NCBI GenBank assembly: GCA_013114725.1
Contig: QCWD01000015.1
Span: forward strand, 1 to 24,000
Source: Nitrososphaeraceae archaeon
GTDB lineage: Archaea > Thermoproteota > Nitrososphaeria > Nitrososphaerales > Nitrososphaeraceae
Direction: 5' to 3'
DNA length: 24,000 bases
Shown: positions 1 through 8,491 of the stretch, in pieces
Numbering within the stretch: the stretch's first letter is position 1
How the letters are laid out: each line of letters opens with the position of its first letter
Translations under genes and position numbers: made by a program
The notes under the pieces: model-generated
What the model saw: only the letters and a program-made list of their open reading frames with translations
Databases searched by the model: none
Told to the model about the DNA's origin: nothing

Positions 1-9
1 GGTTTTTCA

Positions 10-243
10 ATGCTGATTTATACTATTAAACAGGGCAAAAACGGTTTTGAACCAGTTGGTGATGAAATGTTAGTAGGAAAATTGACCAAAGGTGATGAAA
101 TGATGTTATTCATATGCGACAATCAAGGTTATGCGAAAGCTCAATCCAAACCAATTCCTATACAAAATGGAGAAGAAATATATAAAAAAATGATCAATGA
201 TGGATTTTATCCATTTGAAGGAGAAGTCATAACAGTAAGTTAA
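10..243 (+). CDS. hypothetical small protein (77 aa)
   Basis: ATG-initiated ORF ending 1 nt before the convergent pyrH stop. No motif I recognise. Confidence 0.35.
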   Translation: MLIYTIKQGKNGFEPVGDEMLVGKLTKGDEMMLFICDNQGYAKAQSKPIPIQNGEEIYKKMINDGFYPFEGEVITVS

Positions 244-244
244 A

Positions 245-934
245 TTAAAAAATAATTTCAGTTCCATTAGTTTGATTATTTAAAATGGTATTTTTGATGT
301 TTGTGGGATCTGACAAAATAACGAATGTCTTTATTTTTGAACGTTCAATTATCTTGAGTGATACTATATCCATCAAGTCATAGGTTCCAGCGGAAGAACT
401 TCCTTTTATTAAAAGGTTTAAACAATCAGAAACGCTAATCTTTTGAAATAATTTTGCTTCTTTGTTTTGATTAGGATCACTGTCGTAAATACCATTTACG
501 TCTGTAGCATTAATGAATAATTCTGCCCTTGTCTTTTCAGCAATTAATGCAGCTGTAGCGTTTGTGCTCTGTCCTGGGTGAAGTCCACCAGTAATGATTA
601 TTTTGCCTGAATTTTTAGCAGGAGATATCTCATCTAGAGTTCTTGGAATATGATCATGGGCATAGATTCCTAGAGAGGTTGAAAGTAATTTAGCATTAAG
701 TCGTGATACATCTATGCCTATAAGATCTAAACTAGATTCATCAGAACCAAATTTTCGGGCTATTTTTATATAATGTCTCGCGATATCACCGCCTCCTGCA
801 ATTATAATGGGTTGTACTGAATCAAAAATGTCAATCAACATAGAAGAAATTTTTTTCAATCTATCAATATCCGCATTATAATTGAAAATACTACCACTAA
901 GTTTGACCACTACGGTCTTTTTTGGATTATTCAA
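245..934 (-). CDS. pyrH: uridylate (UMP) kinase, archaeal type
   Basis: Amino acid kinase fold motifs: VVVKLSGS, IIAGGGDIARHYI, SRLNAKLL, ITGGLHPGQSTNATAALIAE, NATDVNGIYDSDP. The 229 aa length is typical of archaeal PyrH. Confidence 0.9.
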   Translation of the reverse strand: MNNPKKTVVVKLSGSIFNYNADIDRLKKISSMLIDIFDSVQPIIIAGGGDIARHYIKIARKFGSDESSLDLIGIDVSRLNAKLLSTSLGIYAHDHIPRTLDEISPAKNSGKIIITGGLHPGQSTNATAALIAEKTRAELFINATDVNGIYDSDPNQNKEAKLFQKISVSDCLNLLIKGSSSAGTYDLMDIVSLKIIERSKIKTFVILSDPTNIKNTILNNQTNGTEIIF

Positions 935-980
935 TTTGATGTCACATCAATAGTTAGATAATAATCTGATATAATATCTT

Positions 981-2228
981 TCATTGAATAATTGAATCGA
1001 GGTTTTTGAGTTTGTCTCTTATTTCAACATGAGAGTATATCCTTACCATGTCTAAGAAACCAGTCATGGCTTTAAAGAGTGGTAAATTATAGATAGGAGT
1101 CTCATATTCTTGTTCTTTGTCAATCAGTATGATAAAATTTAATTCATCTTTTTTTGGGGTGAGTGGCATAGAGGGGGCGATTGATAAATCGATATAGATA
1201 TCCGACTCGCTAATAGTTGTATTTTGAAGTACTTTTGATTTTATTTTTTTAATACGCCTTTTGTAAGTAATTTTGTCGAACCTTTTCCTATTATAAAAAA
1301 ATTTTTCATAAACGCATTTCAGTAATTTTCTATTACGATAATCATGGGCCAATTTTGATGCCAACTGATTTTTGTCGCCAAGAAAACAGATCTTATCTAT
1401 TAGAGTTTCATCTGTGAAAAGAAGAAATTCATCCAGGTTAGCTGTTGATAGGTTCAAATCATTATCGGCAAATATCATAGAATTAAGTAACATAACCTCT
1501 GCCGACCTCACAGTTTTATGAAAATATACCGCTTTAAACATCTCATATCTAGATATTAACATTGATTCCAAAGAATATATTGAAGATTTATTTAAACTGA
1601 GATGGCCTTTCGAACTGATTTCCATTGAACTGATAAGACGATAATAATCAAGTTTACCGTATTCAGTTCCAGTGAAATAACTATCACGTGGTAAATAATC
1701 CATAATATCAACGGATAAACCACCAGATAGCAATTCGTTGAAAAATTTGGTTTTATAATTACCGAATGAAAGGTTACAAATATCTCTCGTCGAGTAACCA
1801 AATTTTTTAACTATATCACTAATCTCTGTTTTTGTTATAATCATTTTCCCCATTTCTTCATGTGACAGTTGAGTTTTGTTTGCCAATACTTCTTCAAATA
1901 AGTGAGAGAATGGACCATGACCTATATCGTGTAATAAAGCTGCTAAACGTAATTTTTGTATGTCCTCTTCATTAATATAATTTTTCGAAAACATTGTTTC
2001 ACCTGCTAAACCAGCCAAATGCATGGTTCCGAGAGAATGTTCAAATCGTGAATGTTGTGCACTTGGATATACCAGATGAGCACCAGCCAATTGACGAATC
2101 CGTCTTAATCTTTGGAAAATCTTTGTGTCGATGATTTTTTTTTCTACTTCTGTAAATCGAATATATCGGTGAATTGGATCTGTTATTTCACCCACGTATT
2201 TTATATGCACAAGAGAATTTTCATTCAC
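981..2228 (-). CDS. HD-domain metal-dependent phosphohydrolase (SAMHD1/dNTPase-like, COG1078-type)
   Basis: HSRFEHSLGTMHLAG and LLHDIGHGPFSH motifs, plus the downstream DYLPRDSYFTG motif typical of this family. Confidence 0.85.
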   Translation of the reverse strand: MNENSLVHIKYVGEITDPIHRYIRFTEVEKKIIDTKIFQRLRRIRQLAGAHLVYPSAQHSRFEHSLGTMHLAGLAGETMFSKNYINEEDIQKLRLAALLHDIGHGPFSHLFEEVLANKTQLSHEEMGKMIITKTEISDIVKKFGYSTRDICNLSFGNYKTKFFNELLSGGLSVDIMDYLPRDSYFTGTEYGKLDYYRLISSMEISSKGHLSLNKSSIYSLESMLISRYEMFKAVYFHKTVRSAEVMLLNSMIFADNDLNLSTANLDEFLLFTDETLIDKICFLGDKNQLASKLAHDYRNRKLLKCVYEKFFYNRKRFDKITYKRRIKKIKSKVLQNTTISESDIYIDLSIAPSMPLTPKKDELNFIILIDKEQEYETPIYNLPLFKAMTGFLDMVRIYSHVEIRDKLKNLDSIIQ

Positions 2229-2298
2229 CGCATTTTCAATCTTTCTAATTAAATTTGGTTTCTGAATATTTTTATATTAATAGATTAAATTTAATCTA

Positions 2299-3210
2299 AT
2301 GATTTTGCAGAATCTCAGATTATATATCATGATTTTTTTTTTAGCTATAACATTTTGTATAATTAAATATCATAATCAACAAAATGAAATTTATGTTCAA
2401 GCTGTAGAAAAAAAAATTTATAATCATAGCGCAGATATGTTTGGTATTTCAAAAATTTATCAAACTCAAGAAAACGGGAGAGAATGGTACATAAATATGA
2501 CAGATCCCTCTGAAGATAAGCAATTTTCTATTTCGTATGATGAATTGTCGCTAAAAAAACAACCGGATAATTCGTGGCGTGTGGGGGGTGCTGAGGTAAA
2601 ATTGAATGTTAATTCATCAGGCAAAGAATTATGGAGAAATGTTGAAATTACAGGTTATCTGAAGATAGTAGGATTTTTGTCATTTAATGAAACCGTAGTT
2701 ACTGAGGATTTTGACAGAGATTATGATATTAGTTGGATAGCAAGAAGTGGAAAACATTCAAATTCCATTCCTTGCGATGGAACCGCCTTAATAGGTTCTA
2801 TTAATATAAACGGTTTTGTTTCATGGAAAAAAGAGATTTGGCATACTGGTGGATATACCGGAGATAGAGCAAAACAAAAGATAACTGATTCGATATTTAA
2901 TAGATGGATTGGATGGAAAACGATTGTTTATAATACAGAGAATAATTCTGCTGTAAAAATGGAATCGTATATAGATAATAAAAATTCAGGGTATTGGATA
3001 AAGGTTTCTGAGATAATAGACAATGGTGGGTGGAATGCCAAGAATTCTAACCAAATATTTTATACAGCAAACTGTGGAAAAAAAATTGATCATATAATAA
3101 CAGAGTCAAAACCATATGTAACCTTTAGGACAGACAACATTATATGGGATTTTAAAAACCTGAGCATAAGAGAGATCGATCCAAATAAAATGATATATGT
3201 TCCACCATAG
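2299..3210 (+). CDS. secreted or membrane-anchored hypothetical protein (303 aa)
   Basis: Hydrophobic N-terminal segment (IMIFFLAITFCII) followed by a Trp/Asn/Gly-rich, beta-rich-looking sequence. No catalytic motif recognised. Confidence 0.55.
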   Translation: MILQNLRLYIMIFFLAITFCIIKYHNQQNEIYVQAVEKKIYNHSADMFGISKIYQTQENGREWYINMTDPSEDKQFSISYDELSLKKQPDNSWRVGGAEVKLNVNSSGKELWRNVEITGYLKIVGFLSFNETVVTEDFDRDYDISWIARSGKHSNSIPCDGTALIGSININGFVSWKKEIWHTGGYTGDRAKQKITDSIFNRWIGWKTIVYNTENNSAVKMESYIDNKNSGYWIKVSEIIDNGGWNAKNSNQIFYTANCGKKIDHIITESKPYVTFRTDNIIWDFKNLSIREIDPNKMIYVPP

Positions 3211-3248
3211 TTAAGATATGAATTCTTCCTTTCAGATATGATCTAGAT

Positions 3249-3707
3249 TTATATTTCCAAATTCGTTACTGAATCTTCAAAAAAAGTTTTTCTTGCCTTT
3301 ATAGGTGCGTCATAATATGATGCAAGTGCAATTGCATCAGAAGCCCTATAATTTCTTAATATCAAGTCACCTTTTCTTCCATGAAAATACAAATTAGCCC
3401 GTAATATTGAACCGCTTAAATATAACTTGACCTCCGTTAAAAGTAGACCCTGCATTACTGCAATTTCGTCTACTAAATTGTAGATAGTCGGAATACTATT
3501 TTTATCTCCTAACCTAAAACGTGAAATATGCTTTGCAACTTCGCCTGAAAATGCATTTATAGGGAATTCTTTTCCCTCTGGGGATTTTAATATTATAAAA
3601 CCTTCTAAGCCAAGTTGATCCAAATATCCGACCTGAGATATTAAAACGTCAATATAGTCGTCGTCAGTTTCAGTATTGTCTGTCATGTTATGGATATATT
3701 TCAACAT
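3249..3707 (-). CDS. bifunctional nuclease (BFN/DUF151) domain protein
   Basis: The C-terminal signature RNYRASDAIALASYYDAPIKA matches the conserved D-x-RPSDAIALA...PI motif of the DUF151 family. The 152 aa size fits. Confidence 0.6.
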   Translation of the reverse strand: MLKYIHNMTDNTETDDDYIDVLISQVGYLDQLGLEGFIILKSPEGKEFPINAFSGEVAKHISRFRLGDKNSIPTIYNLVDEIAVMQGLLLTEVKLYLSGSILRANLYFHGRKGDLILRNYRASDAIALASYYDAPIKARKTFFEDSVTNLEI

Positions 3708-3773
3708 TATTAAAAAATATTCGGATAGATCAACAATAAAAACAGAAAAACAAGAAATTGATTTTATTTTTAA

Positions 3774-4169
3774 TCATGGTGATTCTGGTGCTAGACTATC
3801 CACGACTTCCATGATGTCTTTTGCCTCTATTATAATTTTTATTGTGCCCAATGGTGAATCTTGTTCATTTTCAGTTAAAACGACACTATTGACTGTGGCT
3901 GCTTGTTTATTCAACAAAAAAAATGTCGAATTATTTTCAAGATTATTCAGTAGCAATCTTCTTAAAACAGAAAAAATAGATTTGGATTTAACTTGATCAA
4001 ATATAATTTGAAGAGATGTAAGATTAAAAGAAGACCCAGAAAGTAAATGATTATTCTTTACAATATCCATATTTACTAAATTTTTTATCGCATCAATTAA
4101 TTTCTCACTAGATTCAGAAGGATTTATTACGGCTAGAACAGTAATTTTAGTATTAGAATTTTTATGCAT
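3774..4169 (-). CDS. UPF0201-family putative RNA-binding protein (COG1931-like)
   Basis: The N-terminal pattern ITVLAVINPSESSEKLIDAIKNLV resembles the v-x-v-x-PTED-x-eKV-x-Ai-x-N signature. It lies immediately downstream of a UPF0200-like gene, the usual archaeal pairing. Confidence 0.55.
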   Translation of the reverse strand: MHKNSNTKITVLAVINPSESSEKLIDAIKNLVNMDIVKNNHLLSGSSFNLTSLQIIFDQVKSKSIFSVLRRLLLNNLENNSTFFLLNKQAATVNSVVLTENEQDSPLGTIKIIIEAKDIMEVVDSLAPESP

Positions 4170-4209
4170 ATTCAGAAAAACCTTGTTCTTTTATAAATAG
4201 ATAAGGTAA

Positions 4210-4767
4210 TCAGAAGGAATTGACCCATTTCTTTATAATTTTTCGTGCCTTTAAAATTAATTCGTCGATGGTAATATCATTATTTGGAATTATTTCGTCG
4301 GCCAATGCAATAGCTTTGCTCACCCCTACTTCTAGTTCCCTCTGATCACGTAATTCACAATCTTTCATTGTAGATGGTGCATCTGTTCTTGATCTTTTCT
4401 TTAGATGTCTGAATCTAATTGGGGTAGAGGCATGAATTCCTATTATCTTTACCACTCCGATCTCTTTTAGCAAATCGATCTCGGAATTACTTCTGATACC
4501 ATCCACTACAAATTTATTCTTATTTTGTTCAGAATGGATTTTAGAAATTTTTTTTGCCACTAAATTAGCAATTGCGGCAGGGCCGTCTTCTTTCCGTAAG
4601 TCGAGCATCAATTTTCCAAGATTTTCATCAGTTGGATCTAAGCCCCTTTTACTAGACTCTTCCCTAACACAATCCCCCATGGTTACAACAACAAATCCGC
4701 ATTTAGACAATGCAGTTGCCACTGTAGATTTACCTGCTCCGGGCATTCCTGTAATACAAATAATCAA
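4210..4767 (-). CDS. UPF0200-family P-loop nucleotide kinase-like protein
   Basis: Walker A motif MIICITGMPGAGKSTV, then VVTMGDCVREE, VDGIRS, IGIHASTPIRFRHLKKRSR and RDQREL, all typical of archaeal UPF0200 (adenylate/dephospho-CoA kinase-like) proteins. Confidence 0.8.
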   Translation of the reverse strand: MIICITGMPGAGKSTVATALSKCGFVVVTMGDCVREESSKRGLDPTDENLGKLMLDLRKEDGPAAIANLVAKKISKIHSEQNKNKFVVDGIRSNSEIDLLKEIGVVKIIGIHASTPIRFRHLKKRSRTDAPSTMKDCELRDQRELEVGVSKAIALADEIIPNNDITIDELILKARKIIKKWVNSF

Positions 4768-4921
4768 TTTCTTTTGAAAATCACATCACCGATTTTTAAT
4801 ATCAATAATATTGAAAAAATATTTTTATATTATATATATTGATTGTTCAAGAATATAAGTTAAAAAACAAAAATCAAATGAAAATTTATGTAGAAAAATT
4901 ATTAAATTGAATAAACTATAA

Positions 4922-5259
4922 TTGTATTTTGTGGTTAATGGAGATATAAATGAAAAAATTTTGAGCTTAAACAACATAGTCAAAAAGATAGACAAGGAAT
5001 CAGGAAGTTATTTTTCAAGTATCATCAACAATGAAAATATGGAATGTGAAATAATAAAAATAAAGCCAAGTGAAAAAGATACTCAAACGCCACATTCATC
5101 TAATGAAATATATTATATTATCAATGGCAGTGGATGTATAGAAATTAATGAAAAATTTTACTAAATAAAAAAGATGGTATCATCTTTATTCCTAAAGATT
5201 TTTCTCATAGATTTCATTCTAACAAAGCTCAAATGACAATTTTATATGTTATAGCGTGA
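4922..5259 (+). pseudogene. cupin-domain protein interrupted by a frameshift
   Basis: The first frame (4922-5164) carries PHSSNEIYYIINGSGCIEINEK, then stops at TAA 5162-5164. The cupin continuation KDGIIFIPKDFSHRFHSNKAQMTILYVIA* is open only in the -1 frame, from 5152 to 5259. The switch lies in the A5T4 run at 5151-5159. Confidence 0.6.
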
Positions 5260-5333
5260 GAAATTAATTTTCATTATTTTCTTTGACATTTTAATAGAAA
5301 GCTACAAATTTAACCCATAATTTAGAATTAATT

Positions 5334-5501
5334 ATGCCTATCACAGACGCAATTAAAAAACAGATAGCTCAACAAAGAAGATTATTCTATAAGATATGTT
5401 TTAAATGTGGTGGAAGAAACCCCATTTCATCAGAAAGATGTAGAAAATGTCGTAGTCATAGCATGAGATTAAAGAATAGAAATATTGGTGCAAAGAAATA
5501 G
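5334..5501 (+). CDS. rpl40e: ribosomal protein eL40 (L40e)
   Basis: My own translation gives MPITDAIKKQIAQQRRLFYKICFKCGGRNPISSERCRKCRSHSMRLKNRNIGAKK (55 aa). It has a CxxC-x10-CxxC zinc ribbon and a basic tail as in archaeal L40e. It is absent from the supplied ORF track because it is under 60 aa. Confidence 0.85.
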   Translation: MPITDAIKKQIAQQRRLFYKICFKCGGRNPISSERCRKCRSHSMRLKNRNIGAKK

Positions 5502-5530
5502 AATGATATTTTGAGTTCTTATTTAATCTG

Positions 5531-7255
5531 CTACCAATAGTTTGCCTTTATCTTTTCTATAGTTTTTTCATGGTCTGGACCTTTCTTTCGTGCATATTTT
5601 TCTATTGAAGTAAGTGGCACGCCACCCAATGTTCTTGCTAAACCTGAAAAAAATAGATTCTTAAGCATGTTATCTCGTCCTACCTTGTGCATAAATTTTT
5701 GAATACCGTATTTGAAATTATGTTGCCAAGTCTTATACATGACGCCCAGTTTTCCAGGGTCCATGGTATTTCCGATATCAAAAAAGTTTGATTTTTCCAG
5801 AAGACCGATTGGAACAAACGTAAGTGGAGTCACTGTAAATTGAGAATCAGGCTGTTCTTTTTCCAATTCATGTATAAGTCTAATTGTTTCCCAACTATCT
5901 TCTTGTGTTTCATCATTATCAAGGCCCATAATAAGTGTGAAAGCTGGAACCCAATAATTTTCATTTAATATCTTGACACCGGTTTTGACAACCCAATGCC
6001 ATTCATCTGGTTTATACGGAGCTAGTTTTCTGTCAGCATATTTACCTATTAATCTTATGCTTCCTGTTTCAAAACCACATTGAACGCCAATAAAGTTATT
6101 TGGTCCAGATTTAATAATTTTTGAAATATTAGGGACTAATCGTTCATCCGCTATCGCTCCTGCTAATGTACCATGTGTAGGATTAGTATGTTCTACACCT
6201 GTTGCCATTATTCCTTTGAAAAGATCTTCGATAGCTTCTCTATTTGGTTGCATGTTTTTGGTAGTCCGTGGATTTAATCCGTAAACAAAGATATCATCAC
6301 TATGAACCCAAGCGTTCTTCAATCCACCATATTTCATATTGATCTCAATTTCTTTTTGAATTTTTTCAACTGGATAATAACGTAGTGGTCTTAAAGTCAC
6401 ATCACAAAATTTACAACCCCTTCCACATCCTCTCATAACTTCGATCATACCATGCATGCTGGGATTTACTATATTTGGAATTTCATCCACTGATGGTTCA
6501 TCGTTATAATGAATAAACCTACCATGAATTTTTTTATCATCCTTAACAAATTCTTTTATTTCTACCTTAAATTCATTCTTTTTGAATGGATTTGCCATGT
6601 CTAAATCCCCATTGATAAGTGAATCGAAAAATCTTCCACCAGCACCATCGATTTCAGGACCGATTCCTCCTAGTTCGCCTTCAAGGATGGCGTAGAGACC
6701 GTATTCTTCAATTTTTACAGGATCGTAATTATATTGCCATGTCCCAGAAGCTCCTACGATTACTTTCGCTTTGCTACCGGTTCTTTGTTTAGCTGCTAAA
6801 ATTTTCCTGTGAAGTTCACGATTGTAAAATTCATCGTATGACATTGTTGAGCGACCGTAGGTAAATGTCATAGTTACTGGACCCATTCCTAAAGGATCCA
6901 TTTCGTATGTTCCAACAACTTCTGTTTCGGGGCCAATAAACTGTTCAATATAATCTGGATGGGCTACAACCACGTCTTCACGTTTATATCCATCGCGAAT
7001 TAAGGATGCTTCCACTTTTCTTAAACCATAAGGAGCGTAATTAGCAATACCGTTATTATGCTCTATTGGATTACAAATAAAATCGAACAAAATTCTAGGA
7101 GTTACCTGATTTTTTAGTATATAATACCAAAAAGAACTTTTGGTTCTTCTAAAATCAAGTGCAGGAGCACATCCAAAAAACGATGCCAAAGATATTCCCC
7201 TGTAAGGAGACATCAATGTACGATCAGCAGATAAAACAACCTTTGGATATTTCAT
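5531..7255 (-). CDS. radical SAM enzyme of unknown function (574 aa)
   Basis: A single canonical CX3CX2C motif (MRGCGRGCKFCDV) sits near residue 277 and only six Cys occur overall. A long N-terminal domain (KVVLSADRTLMSPYRG) precedes the core. Confidence 0.85.
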   Translation of the reverse strand: MKYPKVVLSADRTLMSPYRGISLASFFGCAPALDFRRTKSSFWYYILKNQVTPRILFDFICNPIEHNNGIANYAPYGLRKVEASLIRDGYKREDVVVAHPDYIEQFIGPETEVVGTYEMDPLGMGPVTMTFTYGRSTMSYDEFYNRELHRKILAAKQRTGSKAKVIVGASGTWQYNYDPVKIEEYGLYAILEGELGGIGPEIDGAGGRFFDSLINGDLDMANPFKKNEFKVEIKEFVKDDKKIHGRFIHYNDEPSVDEIPNIVNPSMHGMIEVMRGCGRGCKFCDVTLRPLRYYPVEKIQKEIEINMKYGGLKNAWVHSDDIFVYGLNPRTTKNMQPNREAIEDLFKGIMATGVEHTNPTHGTLAGAIADERLVPNISKIIKSGPNNFIGVQCGFETGSIRLIGKYADRKLAPYKPDEWHWVVKTGVKILNENYWVPAFTLIMGLDNDETQEDSWETIRLIHELEKEQPDSQFTVTPLTFVPIGLLEKSNFFDIGNTMDPGKLGVMYKTWQHNFKYGIQKFMHKVGRDNMLKNLFFSGLARTLGGVPLTSIEKYARKKGPDHEKTIEKIKANYW

Positions 7256-7381
7256 AATAGTTTCTTTTTACCAACCTATTCATTTATTAGCTGAATTAAT
7301 AAGTTTTCGCAACTTTATAGAAGGTTTTAAGATAAAAATATCCATATAATAAATATGACTGAAATATAAGTATCAGAGAGG

Positions 7382-7609
7382 TTGATTTTAATCGAAAATA
7401 AGAAAAATGATGAATTATTACGATGTAATGTATGTGGTGTGGAGATTGATATGCTCAAAGTAGATAACCATGTTAAGACTACTATCCATACGAAGAATAA
7501 AGCAAAGTTCAATAATGAATTAGGTAAAATTTTGACTAATCATGACGATTCAAAATCATCTTATAAAATATGGTCAATTTCAAGTTTAAATTTTCCAGAC
7601 AAAAAATAA
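7382..7609 (+). CDS. small C2H2 zinc-finger-like protein (75 aa, TTG start as called)
   Basis: CNVCGVEIDMLKVDNHVKTTIH gives C-x2-C-x11-H-x5-H spacing, as in U1/matrin-type C2H2 fingers. The start codon is uncertain. Confidence 0.45.
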   Translation: MILIENKKNDELLRCNVCGVEIDMLKVDNHVKTTIHTKNKAKFNNELGKILTNHDDSKSSYKIWSISSLNFPDKK

Positions 7610-7688
7610 AATAATACAGGTCCTATATTATTTAGATAATTTAGTAAAATTAAAAATCTTAATTGAAAATAAACTAAATGAATGATTA

Positions 7689-8453
7689 ATGATAGAATCT
7701 ATTATTTTTTTGTTTTTCATCGGGATTATTGCTGGAATTCTGGGAGCACTGATAGGAATAGGAGGTGGAATAATAACTATCCCAGCCCTCACTCTTTTGG
7801 GATTGCCACCTTATGTGATGTCTAGTTCTAGTCTAATAGGAGTGGTAGCAACAAGTATTTCTTCTACAATAACATACTCAAAAAAGAAACTTATTGATTA
7901 TACTACAGGATATAAAATTGGAATTATAACAATTCCGACATCTATTTTGGGAGCATTTTTAGCTAGAGAAATATCATTAATTGATTTTAAATTTTATTTT
8001 GCAATTATATTATTAACAGTTGCAATCTATATCGTTTTCAAAGATAAAATATTATTAAAAAATAAAGATAATTTGGAAAATACGAAAGATAAACGAAGGT
8101 TGATGATTTACCCTATTGCAATAATTGGTGGTTTAATTTCTAGTTTGTTTGGTATCGGTGGAGGGATAGTTTTTGTCCCCTTACTTATATTAATACTGGA
8201 TACAAAAATGAAAATAGCTAGTCCTACATCTCAATTTATATTGCTTTTTTCTTCTGTAACTGGTCTTACGACACATATGATCCTTGGACATCCAGATTAT
8301 ATTTATGGAATAATCCTTGCAATAGGTTCTGCAATTGGTGCACAATTTGGAGTAAGACTATTAACAAAGGTTAAAGAAACAACTTTAACATTAACATTTG
8401 CAATATTTTTAATCATTATAGCAATTAAATTCTTTTTAGAAACCAAGGTATGA
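7689..8453 (+). CDS. TauE/SafE (TSUP, DUF81) family anion exporter membrane protein
   Basis: Two internally repeated halves each carry a GIGGGI motif (GALIGIGGGIITIPAL and SLFGIGGGIVFVPLL), with about 7-8 TM segments. Confidence 0.8.
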   Translation: MIESIIFLFFIGIIAGILGALIGIGGGIITIPALTLLGLPPYVMSSSSLIGVVATSISSTITYSKKKLIDYTTGYKIGIITIPTSILGAFLAREISLIDFKFYFAIILLTVAIYIVFKDKILLKNKDNLENTKDKRRLMIYPIAIIGGLISSLFGIGGGIVFVPLLILILDTKMKIASPTSQFILLFSSVTGLTTHMILGHPDYIYGIILAIGSAIGAQFGVRLLTKVKETTLTLTFAIFLIIIAIKFFLETKV

Positions 8454-8491
8454 CTCAAAAGAAAAAAAGATATGACTTTTAAATATATTAA

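Noticed and set aside
3676-3996. 106-aa plus-strand ORF.
   Set aside because: It overlaps the 5' end of the BFN gene and most of the UPF0201 gene in antisense, and has no independent support.
5531-7255. Considered calling the 574-aa radical SAM protein the tetraether lipid synthase (Tes/GDGT-MAS).
   Set aside because: The protein has only six cysteines and one CX3CX2C motif. The characterised enzyme is described as carrying several Fe-S and iron sites that need many more Cys ligands. Nothing in the sequence supports the assignment, so it is left as radical SAM of unknown function.
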